From: Candidatus Woesearchaeota archaeon
GTDB taxonomy: Archaea > Nanobdellota > Nanobdellia > SCGC-AAA011-G17 > JACPNG01
Assembly (NCBI GenBank): GCA_018303485.1
Contig: JAGVYC010000015.1
Span: forward strand, 1-60,432
Length of the DNA: 60,432 bases
Reading direction: 5' to 3'
Both the position numbers and the translations under genes were made by a program. Positions 48,255-58,076 of the stretch are shown in pieces. How positions within the stretch are numbered: position 1 is the stretch's first letter; every line of letters starts with the position of its first letter. Below the pieces are notes generated by a model. It did no database searches. It worked only from the letters and a program-made list of their open reading frames with translations, and was not told the origin of the DNA.

Positions 48255-49733
48255 ATGAGAACAAATGTAGTTTTTGTCAAGCCAGAACTTGTAAGGGATA
48301 ACTTGATAATTATACCCATTATGGAAGAAGATTCTGTTGAAAAAGCTTCTTATCCAAAACCCCTGAACAAGGCAATTGAAAGCAAGGATTTCAAAGGAAG
48401 TCTAAGCCAGACTCTTGTCTTTTATCCAGAGCACAATTACAGCGCCAAGCGTGTTTTATACATAGGCCTTGGAAAAGAATCAGAGCTTGACAAAGAAAAA
48501 TTAAGAAGGGCATATTCAACAGTTGCAAAAACAGCTCGAGCCTTAAAATCAAGCAGCTTTTCTGTTTTACTGCCAATAATAAAAAGCATTGACAGCATCA
48601 CAGTTGCAAAATCCGTAACAGAAGGAATCTTGCTCGGTTCTTATAGTTTTACAAAATACAAAACAGACAAAAAAGAACTGCCTCCGGAATTGAAGGGCAT
48701 TACATTAATACTCTCCAGCCAGAGCCACATAACAGAGATAAAAAGAATAGTTGAAAAAACAAGAATAGTCTGCGATAATGTGCAATTTGTCCGTGATCTT
48801 GTTAATGAAAACAGTAAGGATAAAAGCGCATTAACAATGGAAAGCATGGCTATATCTATTGCAAGAAGGCATAAGTTAAGGCTTTCTGTATTGACTGAGA
48901 AAGAAATGAAAAGGCTTGGCATGAACTTGATACTTGCTGTAAATTCAGGCGCACAAAAACCGCCAAGGTTATTGATATTATCATATTATGGCAATCCGAA
49001 ATCAAAAGACAAATATGCTGTTGTTGGCAAGGGAATTATTTTTGATTCAGGCGGCTTGAATTTAAAGCCAACTGGTTACTTGGAAACTATGAAAAGCGAT
49101 ATGGCTGGTGCAGCGACAGCTTTAGGCATAGTTAAAACAGCATCAGAATTAAGGCTGAGAACAAACATAATAGCAGTAATGCCTTTATGCGAGAATTTAG
49201 TTGGCCCAAGTTCCTATAAGCCAGGTGATGTTTTTACAGCATTCAATAAAAAGACAGTTGAAATAACAAACACAGATGCAGAAGGCCGCTTGATACTTGC
49301 AGACGCATTGTCATACACAGTCAGCAAGATAAAACCAAGGTTAGTAATAGACCTTGCAACATTGACAAGCGCTTGCATGGTGGCGCTTGGAAGATTTATA
49401 GCTGGCATGATGTCAAATAATGAAGAATATTCATCAAAGCTTTTGCAGTCAGGCAAGGATACAAATGAGATAGTTTGGGAGCTGCCATTATCAGATGATT
49501 TTAAGGATTTATCGAAGAGCGATATAGCTGACATGTTAAACTCAAGCAAAGGAAAATTTGCCGGTGCAATAGAAGGCGGCATGTTTTTGAAGAATTTTGT
49601 TGACAAAACACCTTGGATACATTTGGACATAGCGGGCCCATCATACCTTTCAGAAGCTGATTTTAATTACATGCCAAAAGGCGGAACCGGTTTTGGATTA
49701 AGGCTTTTACTGGACTTCTTTGAAAGGGTCTGA
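48255..49733 (+). CDS. pepA: Leucyl aminopeptidase (M17)
   Basis: VGKGIIFDSGG, MKSDMAGAA, NTDAEGRLILAD, DLATLT, WIHLDIAG. Confidence 0.96.
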   Translation: MRTNVVFVKPELVRDNLIIIPIMEEDSVEKASYPKPLNKAIESKDFKGSLSQTLVFYPEHNYSAKRVLYIGLGKESELDKEKLRRAYSTVAKTARALKSSSFSVLLPIIKSIDSITVAKSVTEGILLGSYSFTKYKTDKKELPPELKGITLILSSQSHITEIKRIVEKTRIVCDNVQFVRDLVNENSKDKSALTMESMAISIARRHKLRLSVLTEKEMKRLGMNLILAVNSGAQKPPRLLILSYYGNPKSKDKYAVVGKGIIFDSGGLNLKPTGYLETMKSDMAGAATALGIVKTASELRLRTNIIAVMPLCENLVGPSSYKPGDVFTAFNKKTVEITNTDAEGRLILADALSYTVSKIKPRLVIDLATLTSACMVALGRFIAGMMSNNEEYSSKLLQSGKDTNEIVWELPLSDDFKDLSKSDIADMLNSSKGKFAGAIEGGMFLKNFVDKTPWIHLDIAGPSYLSEADFNYMPKGGTGFGLRLLLDFFERV

Positions 49734-50150
49734 TTTGACAGAGTGAAACATTTTATCATTTTTTTTCAATGCATATATGATAATAGCTTTTAAAATAACA
49801 CCATCAAGTGTTGCTATGCTATATTTGTCTATAAATCCATCAGCACCAGCATCTTTCCATTTTTCTGCACATTCTTCAAATAATAAGCTGGCAGACATAC
49901 CAATTACAGCAGAATCATAGTCATTATTTTTAATTCTTTTACAAATTTCATAACCAGCTAAATCTCTGCCCATGCTGGTGTCCATAAAGATTAAATCAGG
50001 AACATAGCCATTTTTAAACAAAATTTCTACATCTCTATTATTGCCCGCTTCTTCAACAGCAGAATAACCAAGCCTATTTAATCTCTCTTTTATTAATTTT
50101 CTGTTAATCTCTTCATCATCCACAACTAATATCTTAGTTAATTCTTTCAT
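49707..50150 (-). CDS. Stand-alone response regulator receiver (CheY-like)
   Basis: ILVVDDE, DLIFMD phospho-acceptor, [13 protein letters not shown]. Confidence 0.85.
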   Translation of the reverse strand: MKELTKILVVDDEEINRKLIKERLNRLGYSAVEEAGNNRDVEILFKNGYVPDLIFMDTSMGRDLAGYEICKRIKNNDYDSAVIGMSASLLFEECAEKWKDAGADGFIDKYSIATLDGVILKAIIIYALKKNDKMFHSVKSDPFKEVQ

Positions 50151-50799
50151 CTTTAATTTTCCTCTCCCTGTATTTGTATTTTATAAATTCAATTATAGCG
50201 GGAATAAATGAAGCCAGTATTATAAACAATAAAACAAGAGTAAAGTTTTCTTTTACAATTGTTAAGTTTCCAAAATAATATCCTCCAAAAACAAAAATCC
50301 CGACCCATAAAACACCGCCAATGACATTGTAGCTGATAAACTTCCAATAGCTCATCTTGCCAATGCCAGCAACAAATGGTGCAAATGTCCTTATTATTGG
50401 TATGAATCTTGCCATTATTATTGTCTTGCCGCCATACTTTTCATAGAATTTATGTGTTTTATCCAAGTATTCTTTCCTGAAAAACCTTATGTTTTCTTCT
50501 CTAAACACCCTCGGACCTATAAAATAACCAATCCAATAGTTTACTGTATCCCCAAGGATGGCGGCTGTCACCAGAAGAAAAAACAATAAAATAACATTTA
50601 ATGAGCCGTAAGCAGCTAATGCACCAGCTGCAAATATCAATGAATCTCCTGGCAAAAATGGCGTTGCAACAAATCCGGTTTCCATGAATATTATAAGAAA
50701 TAATATTAAATAAGTCCACAACCCATATGTTTGTATTATGCTTGCAAGATTCTTATCGAGATGCAAAAAAATTTCAATTAATTTATTTATCAGTTCCAT
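50134..50799 (-). CDS. dedA: DedA family membrane protein
   Basis: FMETG....[21 protein letters not shown] and [16 protein letters not shown]; start moved to ATG 50799. Confidence 0.95.
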   Translation of the reverse strand: MELINKLIEIFLHLDKNLASIIQTYGLWTYLILFLIIFMETGFVATPFLPGDSLIFAAGALAAYGSLNVILLFFLLVTAAILGDTVNYWIGYFIGPRVFREENIRFFRKEYLDKTHKFYEKYGGKTIIMARFIPIIRTFAPFVAGIGKMSYWKFISYNVIGGVLWVGIFVFGGYYFGNLTIVKENFTLVLLFIILASFIPAIIEFIKYKYRERKIKDERIN

Positions 50800-50911
50800 T
50801 TTAATCCAAAAATATTCATTAGTGTGATTTAATGACCTTTTAAAATAACCGCTTTTTGCCTTAAATATTACTCTAGAAAATTTTATAAAGCATACTCCTT
50901 GATTTTTTGGC

Positions 50912-51385
50912 ATGGGTTATTTAAAATATGTGAGTGCATTGTACAAACAGCCTAAGAAGGGTTTAGGTGGCTTATATAAAGACAGGCTAATCAAAATAAG
51001 AAAAGAGCCTACAATAACAAAGCTTGAAAACCCAACAAGGATTGACAAAGCCAGGGCACTAGGTTTTAGAGCAAAAAAAGGATTTTTTGTTGTTAGGGTT
51101 AGGATAAACCGTGGCTCTAAGATGAGACCTCACTTTATGGGTGGAAGAAAGCCAAAGAAATCCAGAAGGACAAAAATTCTTGAAATGGACTATCAAAAAA
51201 TTGCTGAAGACAAGTCAGCAAGAAAATATAACAACTGCGAAGTTTTAGGTTCATATTGGCTTGCAAGAGATGGCATCTATTACTGGTACGAAGTCTTATT
51301 GGGCGACAGAAAAATACTAAAAAACTATCCAGAATATAAGAGTTGGATTGCAAAAAACATCGGCAGAGTATTCCGGGGTAAGTAA
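50912..51385 (+). CDS. rpl15e: 50S ribosomal protein L15e
   Basis: [51 protein letters not shown]. Confidence 0.96.
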   Translation: MGYLKYVSALYKQPKKGLGGLYKDRLIKIRKEPTITKLENPTRIDKARALGFRAKKGFFVVRVRINRGSKMRPHFMGGRKPKKSRRTKILEMDYQKIAEDKSARKYNNCEVLGSYWLARDGIYYWYEVLLGDRKILKNYPEYKSWIAKNIGRVFRGK

Positions 51386-51462
51386 TTCTTTTGACTTTTT
51401 TCAAAATAGATTAAACAAAAGTTATTTTAACTTCAAGATTTTTCTAGAGTTATAGTGGGTCA

Positions 51463-51546
51463 GGGCTTATGATGCAATGGATAGCATAAACGGCTTCGGA
51501 GTCATGGAGAAACCGTTATATCTGGGTTCGAATCCCAGTAGGCCCA
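51463..51546 (+). tRNA. tRNA-Arg(TCG) with a 12-nt intron (51500-51511)
   Basis: GGGCTTA/TAGGCCC acceptor stem, ATGC/GCAT D-stem, AACGG/CCGTT anticodon stem, CTGGGTTCGAATCCCAG T-arm. Confidence 0.92.
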
Positions 51547-51549
51547 AGA

Positions 51550-52698
51550 TTAATTTTTTAAAAATTTCTCAAGCCTATTCATGGCTTCTTCTATAAGCTT
51601 GATGTGCGTTGCAAAAGAGCATCTTATATAGCCCTCGCCATAAATTCCAAATTCAGTTCCAGGAATAACAGCCACTTTAGTTTTCCTTAGCAAATCTGCA
51701 GCAAATCTTGATGATTTCTTGTCAAAATTCCTAATATTTGAAAACGCATAGAAAGCGCCGTCCGGCTTTATAGTTTTCAATCCAATCTCGTTCATTCTTT
51801 TGACAATGAAATCCCTTCTTTTTCTGTAAATACCTACCATCTCGTCAATATATTTCTGTTTTGTCTCAAGTGCTTTAATGCCAACTAACTGGGACAATGT
51901 CGGGGCTGTGACTGTTGTATAAACGTGTACTGATGTCATTGCATTTATCAATTTTCTAGGCCCAACCGCATACCCTAACCTATAGCCGCACATTGCATAA
52001 GTTTTGGAAAAGCTCTGGAAAGTAACAACATGCTTTTGCATGCCATTCAAAGATCCAATGGAAACAAATTTCTTGTCATAAACGATTTTTTCATAAGCCT
52101 CATCGCTGAAAACATAAACATCATTGTCAACAGCAATGTCAGCAATTTCCTCAAGAACATTTTTTCTTATGACATTTCCTGTCGGGTTAGAGGGGGAATT
52201 TATTATTATGGCCTTTGTCCTTTTCTTGTTTATTACCTTTTTGATGTCATCAGGGTTTATTTCAAACTTATTATTTTCTTTTAGTTGCAATGGAACAGGA
52301 TTTACATTTAAAAGCTCAACAGCAGGCATATATCCAAGATAAGACGGATTTGGAACCATTACCTCTTCAGAAACATCCAAGGCGCATGCTGTCGCCAAGA
52401 ATATAGCTTCCTGACTTCCGCATGTTACAACTACATTGTCAACATCTGCATTTATTTTGTTGTCTTTTTTTATTTTTTTTAATATGGCTTCTTTTAATTC
52501 CAGCCTTCCCCCTGGTTGAGAGTAATGATTGCAGTTTTTTGCAAACCTCTTGGTATACTTTATTATAGGTTTGAATGTGTTAAAATCAGGCTCACCATGC
52601 CCCAATGATATTATTGACTTGTCTTCTATTGTCAGTTTTATCAGCTTGCCTATAACAGCATCAGGCAGCTCAAGCTCTCTTTCAGATATGTGAACCAT
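51550..52698 (-). CDS. PLP-dependent aminotransferase class I/II
   Basis: GEPDF, NSPSNPTG, SDEAYE, SFSKTYAMCGYRLGY, PG..FG..GEGYIR. Confidence 0.95.
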   Translation of the reverse strand: MVHISERELELPDAVIGKLIKLTIEDKSIISLGHGEPDFNTFKPIIKYTKRFAKNCNHYSQPGGRLELKEAILKKIKKDNKINADVDNVVVTCGSQEAIFLATACALDVSEEVMVPNPSYLGYMPAVELLNVNPVPLQLKENNKFEINPDDIKKVINKKRTKAIIINSPSNPTGNVIRKNVLEEIADIAVDNDVYVFSDEAYEKIVYDKKFVSIGSLNGMQKHVVTFQSFSKTYAMCGYRLGYAVGPRKLINAMTSVHVYTTVTAPTLSQLVGIKALETKQKYIDEMVGIYRKRRDFIVKRMNEIGLKTIKPDGAFYAFSNIRNFDKKSSRFAADLLRKTKVAVIPGTEFGIYGEGYIRCSFATHIKLIEEAMNRLEKFLKN

Positions 52699-52885
52699 TA
52701 AATTTAAAGCATATTAAATAGTATATATATCTTATCATTACCTTTCTTCTGCATGGAATTATACAGCTTCCAGAATGTATTCCAAAAGATATATAAATTT
52801 GAAATATCATGGTTAAATTCAAGGTGATTGACATAAATTATATTAATTCTGTAATATGCTATAATAAACTTAAAGAGGTGATATT

Positions 52886-53077
52886 ATGAATTCAGCCAAT
52901 GTAATAGAGGTTATAGGCAAGAGCAAAAAGGGCTTTGATGATGCAATAGCAAATGCTGTAAAAGATACATGCAAGTCAAAGGATGTAGTTGGCATTGATG
53001 TTATAAACTTAACAGCCAATGTAAAGAAAGGCAAGATCATAGAATATAAATCATGTATAAAAATGGCCTGTTGTTGA
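52886..53077 (+). CDS. Dodecin family protein
   Basis: VIEVIGKS..GFDDAIANAV...V..GKIIEYK; GAGGTG SD. Confidence 0.85.
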   Translation: MNSANVIEVIGKSKKGFDDAIANAVKDTCKSKDVVGIDVINLTANVKKGKIIEYKSCIKMACC

Positions 53078-53080
53078 AAA

Positions 53081-53185
53081 ATGAGCGAATACTTAACACC
53101 TTATGATAGGAAAAAGAAGCTAAGATACAAGTCATACAAAAAAGGCGGCAAGTATAGGACTATAAAATTAAAGAAAAATGGTTGA
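53081..53185 (+). CDS. Small basic protein (34 aa, missed by the ORF track)
   Basis: MSEYLTPYDRKKKLRYKSYKKGGKYRTIKLKKNG*; fills the gap between dodecin and the M42 gene. Confidence 0.45.
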   Translation: MSEYLTPYDRKKKLRYKSYKKGGKYRTIKLKKNG

Positions 53186-54209
53186 ACTGCTATTCAAATT
53201 AATGAATGCTCTTGGCCCCAGCGGGGACGAGCAGTTAGTAAGAGATATTATTACCTCTGAAATTAAAAAATATGTAAATGAAATTTATGTTGACAAATTC
53301 GGGAATCTGGTAGCACATAGAAAGGGCATTGGTGAAAAAATAATGCTTGCCGCCCATATGGATGAAATTGGTTTAATGGCCAAAAAGATAGAAAATAATG
53401 GCTTCATTAGGGTTAGTTCAATAGGTGGCATCGAACCAATAACACTGGTTGGCCAGCCAGTTAAAGTGGTTGGTGATAAAAATAAAGTCATATGCAACGG
53501 CGTTATATCTTTTTCAGAGCTTCACGAAGACCTAAATATTAAAACACTGCCAAAGATGGATGAACTGTATGTTGATACAGGGCTTAATGTAAACGAATTA
53601 AAATTATCTGGTGTTGAAATTGGCAATTATATAGTTCCATTGCATCATGCGAGGTATTTAGGCAATAACAAAATAATATCGGGAAAATCATTAGATGATA
53701 GAACTGGCTGTTACATTTTGATAGAGCTTGCAAAAAAGCTAAAGAATTTGCATAGCAAGCAGGATATTTATTATGTGTTTACAGTTCAGGAAGAAATGGG
53801 GTTGTACGGGGCAAAAACAGCAGTTTACCATATTGCACCTGACTGGGGTTTAGCAATAGACGCAACAAATGCCAGAGATTCCAGCATATCGCCTTCAAAT
53901 ATTATAGGCAGTGGCCCTTTTCTAACAATCAAGGATTCTGAAATGCTGGGCAATAAATGCTTAATAGATTGGATAAAGAAAGTAGCTAAAATCAACAAGA
54001 TTCCATTGCAGCTGGAAGTTGAAGATTCTGGAACAACAGATGCTGCATCAATAATGCTTGCAAAAGGAGGAATACCCTCGGCAACAATAGGCATACCAGT
54101 TAGAAATCTGCACAGTACAGTTGGCATTGCACATGTAGATGACATAAACAATTCAATAAAATTATTAAGCGAATTCTTAAAAAAACCCCCAAAAATCTGC
54201 ATGGTTTAA
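53178..54209 (+). CDS. M42 (TET/Frv) aminopeptidase
   Basis: AAHMDEIG, LDDRTG, TVQEEMGLYGA, GTTDA, RNLHS. Confidence 0.95.
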   Translation: MVELLFKLMNALGPSGDEQLVRDIITSEIKKYVNEIYVDKFGNLVAHRKGIGEKIMLAAHMDEIGLMAKKIENNGFIRVSSIGGIEPITLVGQPVKVVGDKNKVICNGVISFSELHEDLNIKTLPKMDELYVDTGLNVNELKLSGVEIGNYIVPLHHARYLGNNKIISGKSLDDRTGCYILIELAKKLKNLHSKQDIYYVFTVQEEMGLYGAKTAVYHIAPDWGLAIDATNARDSSISPSNIIGSGPFLTIKDSEMLGNKCLIDWIKKVAKINKIPLQLEVEDSGTTDAASIMLAKGGIPSATIGIPVRNLHSTVGIAHVDDINNSIKLLSEFLKKPPKICMV

Positions 54210-54210
54210 C

Positions 54211-54369
54211 ATGGCAAAAAAACGAGATGTTAATAATAAAGAGTATTATACATGTGAAGAATGTGGTTTCTTATATAAAACAAAAAATCTTGCTGAAAAA
54301 TGCCATGAATGGTGCAAAAAGCATAAAAGCTGCAACATTAACATTGTTAAACATGCTGTAAAATTGTAG
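54211..54369 (+). CDS. Small Cys/His zinc-finger protein (52 aa, missed by the ORF track)
   Basis: YTCEECGFLY.....AEKCHEWCKKHKSC; ATG 2 nt after the M42 stop. Confidence 0.75.
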   Translation: MAKKRDVNNKEYYTCEECGFLYKTKNLAEKCHEWCKKHKSCNINIVKHAVKL

Positions 54370-54458
54370 TTTGTTTGTTTACGAAAAATTTAGCATAACG
54401 TATATTATTGAAGCATAACGATAGCTTTAAAAATAATCAAGATTACAAAACACCCAAG

Positions 54459-54848
54459 ATGGATATAAAACAAGTTCAGGCATCAAGCATAAAAGAAGGC
54501 AATTATGTTGTATTTGATGGCATAGCGTGCATTGTTAAGTCCATCCAAAAATCAAAAACAGGAAAGCATGGCAGTTCTAAATGCAGGATGGAAGCCATAA
54601 GCATTATAGACAGTAGGAAAATAATAAAAATAGTGCCTGGCAGCGATAATCTTGAAGTGCCGATAATAGAGAAAAAGTCTGCTCAAGTCTTGTCTGTTCA
54701 TGGAGATATTGCTAATATAATGGATACTGAAACATTCGAAACATTTGATATAAAAATACCAGAAGATTTAAAAGACAATGTTGTAGAAGGCATTCAGGTT
54801 GTTTATTGGACAATCTTGGGAGAAAAAATAATAAAACAGGTAAAATAA
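54459..54848 (+). CDS. eif5a: Translation factor aIF-5A
   Basis: Hypusine site SKTGKHGSSK, VPIIEK..AQVLS, MDTETFETF. Confidence 0.96.
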   Translation: MDIKQVQASSIKEGNYVVFDGIACIVKSIQKSKTGKHGSSKCRMEAISIIDSRKIIKIVPGSDNLEVPIIEKKSAQVLSVHGDIANIMDTETFETFDIKIPEDLKDNVVEGIQVVYWTILGEKIIKQVK

Positions 54849-54849
54849 A

Positions 54850-55020
54850 ATGGTAAAATTTCCAGAAGCTGTTGCAAGGCTGCACCATAATGTATTTGTA
54901 TGCAAGAAATGCAAGGCTAAAATGAGAACACAGATGGCAAGAATACTTCAAAAAAGTGTTGCATGCAGGAAATGCGGTTCAAAAGTTTTTAGGCCAATAA
55001 AATCCAAGCAAACCAAATGA
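54850..55020 (+). CDS. rpl40e: 50S ribosomal protein L40e (missed by the ORF track)
   Basis: MVKFPEA.ARL...VCKKCKA...CRKCGSK.FRP zinc ribbon, 56 aa. Confidence 0.88.
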   Translation: MVKFPEAVARLHHNVFVCKKCKAKMRTQMARILQKSVACRKCGSKVFRPIKSKQTK

Positions 55021-56282
55021 ACATCGATCTAGTTTTAGCAGTAATATTCTATTTAATCCTAATTTTATTTTATTATAAATATAAAGAAAAATTTGAAGTC
55101 CAAAATAAAATTTTTGTTCTTTACAAGACTAATCTTGGTTTAAAGCTAATGGATAAAATAGCATTAAAATTTCCAAGAGCGATTAAAATTTTTGGTTATT
55201 TTTCTATTTTAATTGGTTTTGCTGGCATGCTGTTAATGTTCATAATCCTGATAAAGGTAACAAAAGACCTCCTATTTATTCCTGGTTCTCAGCCAGGTCT
55301 AGCACCAGTATTGCCTGGTGTTTCGATTCCAGGAATGCCTGCCTTGTCATTCTTCCATTGGATTATAGCAATATTGATTGTTGCAGTAGTCCACGAATTT
55401 TTGCATGGTGTTTACGCAAGATTCATAAAAGTAAATGTTAAATCATCTGGTTTTGCCTTCTTAGGTCCGATACTTGCTGCGTTTGTCGAGCCGGATGACA
55501 GTCAATTGAATAAAAAATCAAAAAAAGATCAGCTTCTTGTTTATTCAGCAGGACCTTTTGCAAATATTTTTCTTGCGTTCTTGTTAATATTGCTATTTGG
55601 CTTGTCAATCCCAGCAATAGGATTAACTCATAATATAACAAAATACACTTCCATAATTGACATTGAAAATCTAGCAAACAAAACAGTAGAGCCTAATTTT
55701 AAATATCTCATACTTGACAAAATAGAGGAAAACTCTCCTGCATCAAAACCAGGCTTGAAAATAGGGGATAAAATAATAGCATTAAACTCTGTTTCAATCT
55801 CAAACAATACAGAAGAATTTTTTAACATACTTTCAAATTTAAAACCCAATCAGCAATTGAAAATAACAACGCTTGAAAATGAGTTTGACTTAATAACAGC
55901 TGAGAATAAGGACAACAATTCAAAGGGTTACATTGGTGTTAGTTTCAAGCCGGATGCTGCACTAGAGCCAAAAAAATCCTTAGTTGATAAATACGGCAGT
56001 TTTATTGCTTCAATACCGTTGTGGTTTATAATGCTTTTAAACTGGATTATTGTCATTAATGTGGGTGTTGGCCTTTTCAATCTATTGCCTATTGGCCCTG
56101 TTGACGGCGGCAAGATGTTTTATACCCTAATGCTTGCAATATTCAAAAACGAAGGCACAGCCAAGAAGTTGTTTAATATAGTAACAATATTTTTAATAGC
56201 CCTAATAATAATTAATTTAATCCCTTGGCTACAAAAGCTCCTTGTATTTTTATTCAAGCCTCTTTTAGCAGTAATTATCTAA
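55017..56282 (+). CDS. M50 site-2 protease with a PDZ domain
   Basis: HEFLHG, AAFVEPD, SAGPFAN, PDZ SPA...GLKIGDKIIALN, NLLPIGPVDGG. Confidence 0.94.
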   Translation: MNIDLVLAVIFYLILILFYYKYKEKFEVQNKIFVLYKTNLGLKLMDKIALKFPRAIKIFGYFSILIGFAGMLLMFIILIKVTKDLLFIPGSQPGLAPVLPGVSIPGMPALSFFHWIIAILIVAVVHEFLHGVYARFIKVNVKSSGFAFLGPILAAFVEPDDSQLNKKSKKDQLLVYSAGPFANIFLAFLLILLFGLSIPAIGLTHNITKYTSIIDIENLANKTVEPNFKYLILDKIEENSPASKPGLKIGDKIIALNSVSISNNTEEFFNILSNLKPNQQLKITTLENEFDLITAENKDNNSKGYIGVSFKPDAALEPKKSLVDKYGSFIASIPLWFIMLLNWIIVINVGVGLFNLLPIGPVDGGKMFYTLMLAIFKNEGTAKKLFNIVTIFLIALIIINLIPWLQKLLVFLFKPLLAVII

Positions 56283-56283
56283 A

Positions 56284-57072
56284 ATGCTAGTTGATGTACA
56301 CTGCCATTTAACCCATGAATCCTTGAAGAATCAGATAGATGATGTTATAAAAAGGGCTAAGGAAAAAGGCGTTGTTGCAATTATTGCCTCTGGTGTTAAT
56401 GCTCCTACAAACAGGGAAGTCTTGGAGTTAGCAAAGAAATACCCTGATATTGTGAAATGCTCTCTTGGCTTGTATCCAATAGACTTGCTCGGATTAGAGA
56501 CAGATGAAGTTGGACTGACAAGGCAGATTGAGAAATTTGATTTGGATGAAGAACTGGAATTCATAAAGAAGAACAAGAACAAGATTGTTGCTGTTGGAGA
56601 ATCTGGGCTAGATTATCATTGGGATTTTGAACATCATGAAGAGCAGAAAAGGAATTTTAAAGAGATCCTTGCATTTGTAAAGAAGATAAACAAGCCTGTA
56701 ATAGTTCATTCAAGAAAAGCAGAAGTTGATGCTATTAATTTACTTGAACAATCAGGCGTTAAAAAAGTAATATTGCACATGTTTGAGGGAAGGAAAAATC
56801 TAATAAAAAAGGCCATTGACCTTGGCTATTATTTTACTGTTCCAACTAACATATTAAAAAGTCAGCATTTTCAGATGCTTGTCAGCATGGTTGAAATGAA
56901 CAAATTGCTTACAGAAACAGATTCTCCATGGATGAGCCCAAAGCCAGGAAGTGTTAATGAACCAGCAAATGTAGCTGAAAGTATAAAAAAAATAGCTGAG
57001 ATAAAAAATCTTGATGCCAAGGAAGCTGAGAACATTATTTACATGAATTACCAAAATGTGTTTAAACAGTAA
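56284..57072 (+). CDS. tatD: TatD family nuclease
   Basis: DVHCHL, AVGESGLDY, VIVHSR, ILH and LLTETDSP motifs. Confidence 0.95.
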   Translation: MLVDVHCHLTHESLKNQIDDVIKRAKEKGVVAIIASGVNAPTNREVLELAKKYPDIVKCSLGLYPIDLLGLETDEVGLTRQIEKFDLDEELEFIKKNKNKIVAVGESGLDYHWDFEHHEEQKRNFKEILAFVKKINKPVIVHSRKAEVDAINLLEQSGVKKVILHMFEGRKNLIKKAIDLGYYFTVPTNILKSQHFQMLVSMVEMNKLLTETDSPWMSPKPGSVNEPANVAESIKKIAEIKNLDAKEAENIIYMNYQNVFKQ

Positions 57073-57102
57073 TTTTATAAATTTAATTTTCTTAATAGCT
57101 TT

Positions 57103-58041
57103 ATGAATTTTGCAGATAGGAGAACCATTTTAGAAAAGCAAGGGTACAGGATAGTTGGAAACCATTCAGCTATTAAGATATGCTATTATTGCAAGACTTC
57201 TATTAGAGGAAATGACAAATGCTACAAGAACAAGTTTTACAATATTGACTCTTCAAGATGCATACAAGCAAGCCTGACATTAGACATATGCAATTTGAGA
57301 TGCCAATGGTGCTGGAGAGACATAAGTTATTCCGGATTTGGCAGCAAGTTCAATGACAAGCCAGAAGATATAATAAAGGGATTGATTGAAGAGCAAAAAA
57401 AGATACTAGTTGGTTTTTACGGCAATAAAAAGATATTAAGAAAGAATGTTGACAATGCAATGGATCCTATGCATGTTGCTTTAAGCTTGAGCGGAGATGC
57501 ATGCCTATACCAAAAATTGCCCGAGCTAATTGATTTGATACATAAAAAAGGCATGACTTCTTTTGTAGTCACCAATGGAACTTTTCCCGAAATGATTAGG
57601 AAGCTTATAAATCACCAGCCAACACAGATTTACATTACATTGCCAGCTCCAGATAAAAGAACCTTCATAGAAGTATGCAGGCCATTTTCAAGAGGTTCCT
57701 GGAGCAAGATAATGAAATCATTAAAATTACTTAAGCATTTCAAGAGGGGAACTGTAAGGCTTACTTTATACAATGGAATAAACATGCTAAATCCAGAGGG
57801 ATATGCAAAGGTATTAAAAGATGTTAATTTTAAATTTTTAGAAGTTAAAGCAGCGATGCCTGTTGGATATGCACAATATAGATTAAAATATTCTGACATG
57901 CCGCTGCATTCTGAGATAAAGAGATTTGCAAAGAAGATAGCAAAAATAAACAAACTTAAGATAATAGATGAGAAGAAAAATTCAAGAGTTGTCTTATTAA
58001 TGAAGAATGATTCTAAAGACAGGAAATTGAAATTTATATAA
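57103..58041 (+). CDS. taw1: 4-demethylwyosine synthase (radical SAM, TYW1/Taw1)
   Basis: GNHSAIKIC, CYKNKFY.I.S.RCIQ, CNLRCQWCWR, HVALSLSG, FVVTNG, PTQIY. Confidence 0.93.
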   Translation: MNFADRRTILEKQGYRIVGNHSAIKICYYCKTSIRGNDKCYKNKFYNIDSSRCIQASLTLDICNLRCQWCWRDISYSGFGSKFNDKPEDIIKGLIEEQKKILVGFYGNKKILRKNVDNAMDPMHVALSLSGDACLYQKLPELIDLIHKKGMTSFVVTNGTFPEMIRKLINHQPTQIYITLPAPDKRTFIEVCRPFSRGSWSKIMKSLKLLKHFKRGTVRLTLYNGINMLNPEGYAKVLKDVNFKFLEVKAAMPVGYAQYRLKYSDMPLHSEIKRFAKKIAKINKLKIIDEKKNSRVVLLMKNDSKDRKLKFI

Positions 58042-58076
58042 GAAACCTTTTTATAGAAGGCTTGCTAAACAATTAA

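Noticed and set aside
53075-53077. Selenocysteine or recoded TGA after the dodecin CC
   Set aside because: The dodecin is already full length at this stop, TGA ends many other genes in the window normally, and no SECIS-like hairpin is evident.
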